Source of the DNA: Tubulanus polymorphus
Taxonomy: Eukaryota; Animalia; Nemertea
Length of the DNA: 64,000 bases
Assembly (NCBI RefSeq): GCF_964204645.1
Contig: NC_134025.1
Coordinates: 6,882,001-6,946,000 of the forward strand
Reading direction: 5' to 3'
The translations under genes were made by a program, and so were the position numbers. Under the pieces are notes generated by a model that worked only from the letters and a program-made list of their open reading frames with translations, ran no database searches and had not been told where the DNA came from. Positions within the stretch are counted from its first letter, which is position 1, and each line of letters opens with the position of its first letter. Shown here piece after piece: positions 62,385-64,000 of the stretch.

Positions 62385-64000
62385 CATCGTAGTTGTATTA
62401 GCTTGATTACAGTCTGCTATCATCTTGAATGACAGAAGAAGCGAGATGTAATTTTCTCAAGATAAAACCGATTGTGCATTTATTGTAAATACTTGTATTT
62501 GTTATCTTAGAAATGAATTAAACAGATAACGTTTTACCGCATGAAAGTGTATGTTATGTTTATTGAGCTCGTGTTCGTTTTAGAATTTATTTTCAATTTG
62601 TCTGTTGGTATTCGTCTCATTTCGCAGTTGAATGCAATTTCCTGAACATTGGTAAAACGTCGAGGAAGGAGATGAGGAAATGGCATGAGACATTTTATTG
62701 ACAATTTCATGGGATTTTGGTCGACAGAACATGATTAGTGGTACTTTTATACGTTCGTTTCTATCATTTCCAGCCTGGTTTATTGGTAATTAATGCATGA
62801 AATGAGTACTGCACTCCAATGTAAATGGGTTTCACCGAGTGCTGTTGAAGTTGATAGCTTCGGTGTGGCAGCTGGTAGTCCCCGTTCGTTATATATTCAC
62901 CGGCGCACTAAGCCAAGCATTGCATGGTTTACTGTATGGATTTCTACTGTTGTTGCCGGATGACAGATCGTTGCCATTATGGTTGGTTAGTAGTACTGTA
63001 TCGCAATTATGCTAGCGGAGATCATTGGTACTGATGTTGCATTGCGATGCAGTACTAGCAGCGGCGATTCGTTTTAGAGTTCTTACGGTGAAACCAATGA
63101 ACAACATCTGTCAACGAACCAGTGAAATTATCGAAATGGATCGAGGAAGAACTTGAATTTACGGAGAAACCGTGTTAAACTTTAATACCGTGTGTAGCTC
63201 AGGACAAAAAATGCGGGACCCTCTTCAGTTCGGGCTTCCTCGTTTGGGTCTTTACCTATTCGTAGGATTATTTTTATACCAGCTAGCAGCAGGAGGTAAG
63301 TTCGTCGACTGGGAGTTCATAAAATCGTCGGAAGACGATGGTTCTTTTTATAGGAACATCATATATCCATGGCAACGGTCGAATCTGATATGCATCTTCG
63401 GCATCGTTGATGATTAAAAAGAGGTGTTTATTTGTTAGATCTGTGAAAAGAGTTCTTGCTATATTTGCACGAAAGTGAAGCCATCCATCACCTCACGATG
63501 AATAATTCTTGTCATTTTAGCTACGTAGCATTAGCAAATAAATTAAGTAAACATAGTTAATTAACGCGGTACTGCTTGATGTATGCACTGCTGATATCGA
63601 ATTTGCCATCGCTGCAACATCCCTCTAATAATTAGTTCCTTTCATCTAATATCATGTCAGAAGATATTGACTTGACAACCTAAATGTAATTTGCCATCTA
63701 TTCCGCGCGTGTTATTACTTATAGAAACTAATCATCTAAGACATTCCGTAACAAATCGTAACCGAAAATGAACAATTATTAATCTAACAATTCTAATCTA
63801 ACAATTGAACCCATAATTCTTTAGTTTTCATTTAAAACAAGCTTAATGTTTATATTTTGTGAAATAGATAAACTATTATGTTGTTCGTGGGATCCGGATG
63901 TTTTTGCTCGGGTAAATTAAAGAATTACACATGAAGCCTTTTCTCATGTTTTAGGATCTTTTAACTCGCTGAATCCGATCTATGAGAAAAAGAAACCAGG

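Overview
Gene-dense, AT-rich, intron-containing DNA from an animal genome, most likely a bilaterian invertebrate; the species cannot be determined from the sequence. The left 19 kb holds a tandem array of five apparently intact, 11-coding-exon CYP20-family cytochrome P450 genes on the minus strand, plus an orphan relic first exon. These are followed by HUNK kinase (+), an MS4A/CD20-like four-TM gene (+), the triple-SH3 adaptor Dlish/Vamana (-), MRPS15 (-) head-to-head with PACRG (+), cathepsin L (+), an inositol-trisphosphate 3-kinase (-) and DNA primase small subunit PRIM1 (+). Notable non-genic or fine-scale signals: a 133-bp TSD-flanked insertion carrying a hammerhead-ribozyme core; a 1.76-kb foldback element with ~575-bp arms in HUNK intron 1; a U12-type intron and a 12-nt microexon candidate in the IP3 kinase; several MITEs; clustered MiT/TFE motifs before cathepsin L; and I-helix divergence among the CYP20 paralogs, including Thr to Asn in one copy. 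All exon boundaries and family calls were made by eye and from remembered sequences; no searches were run.
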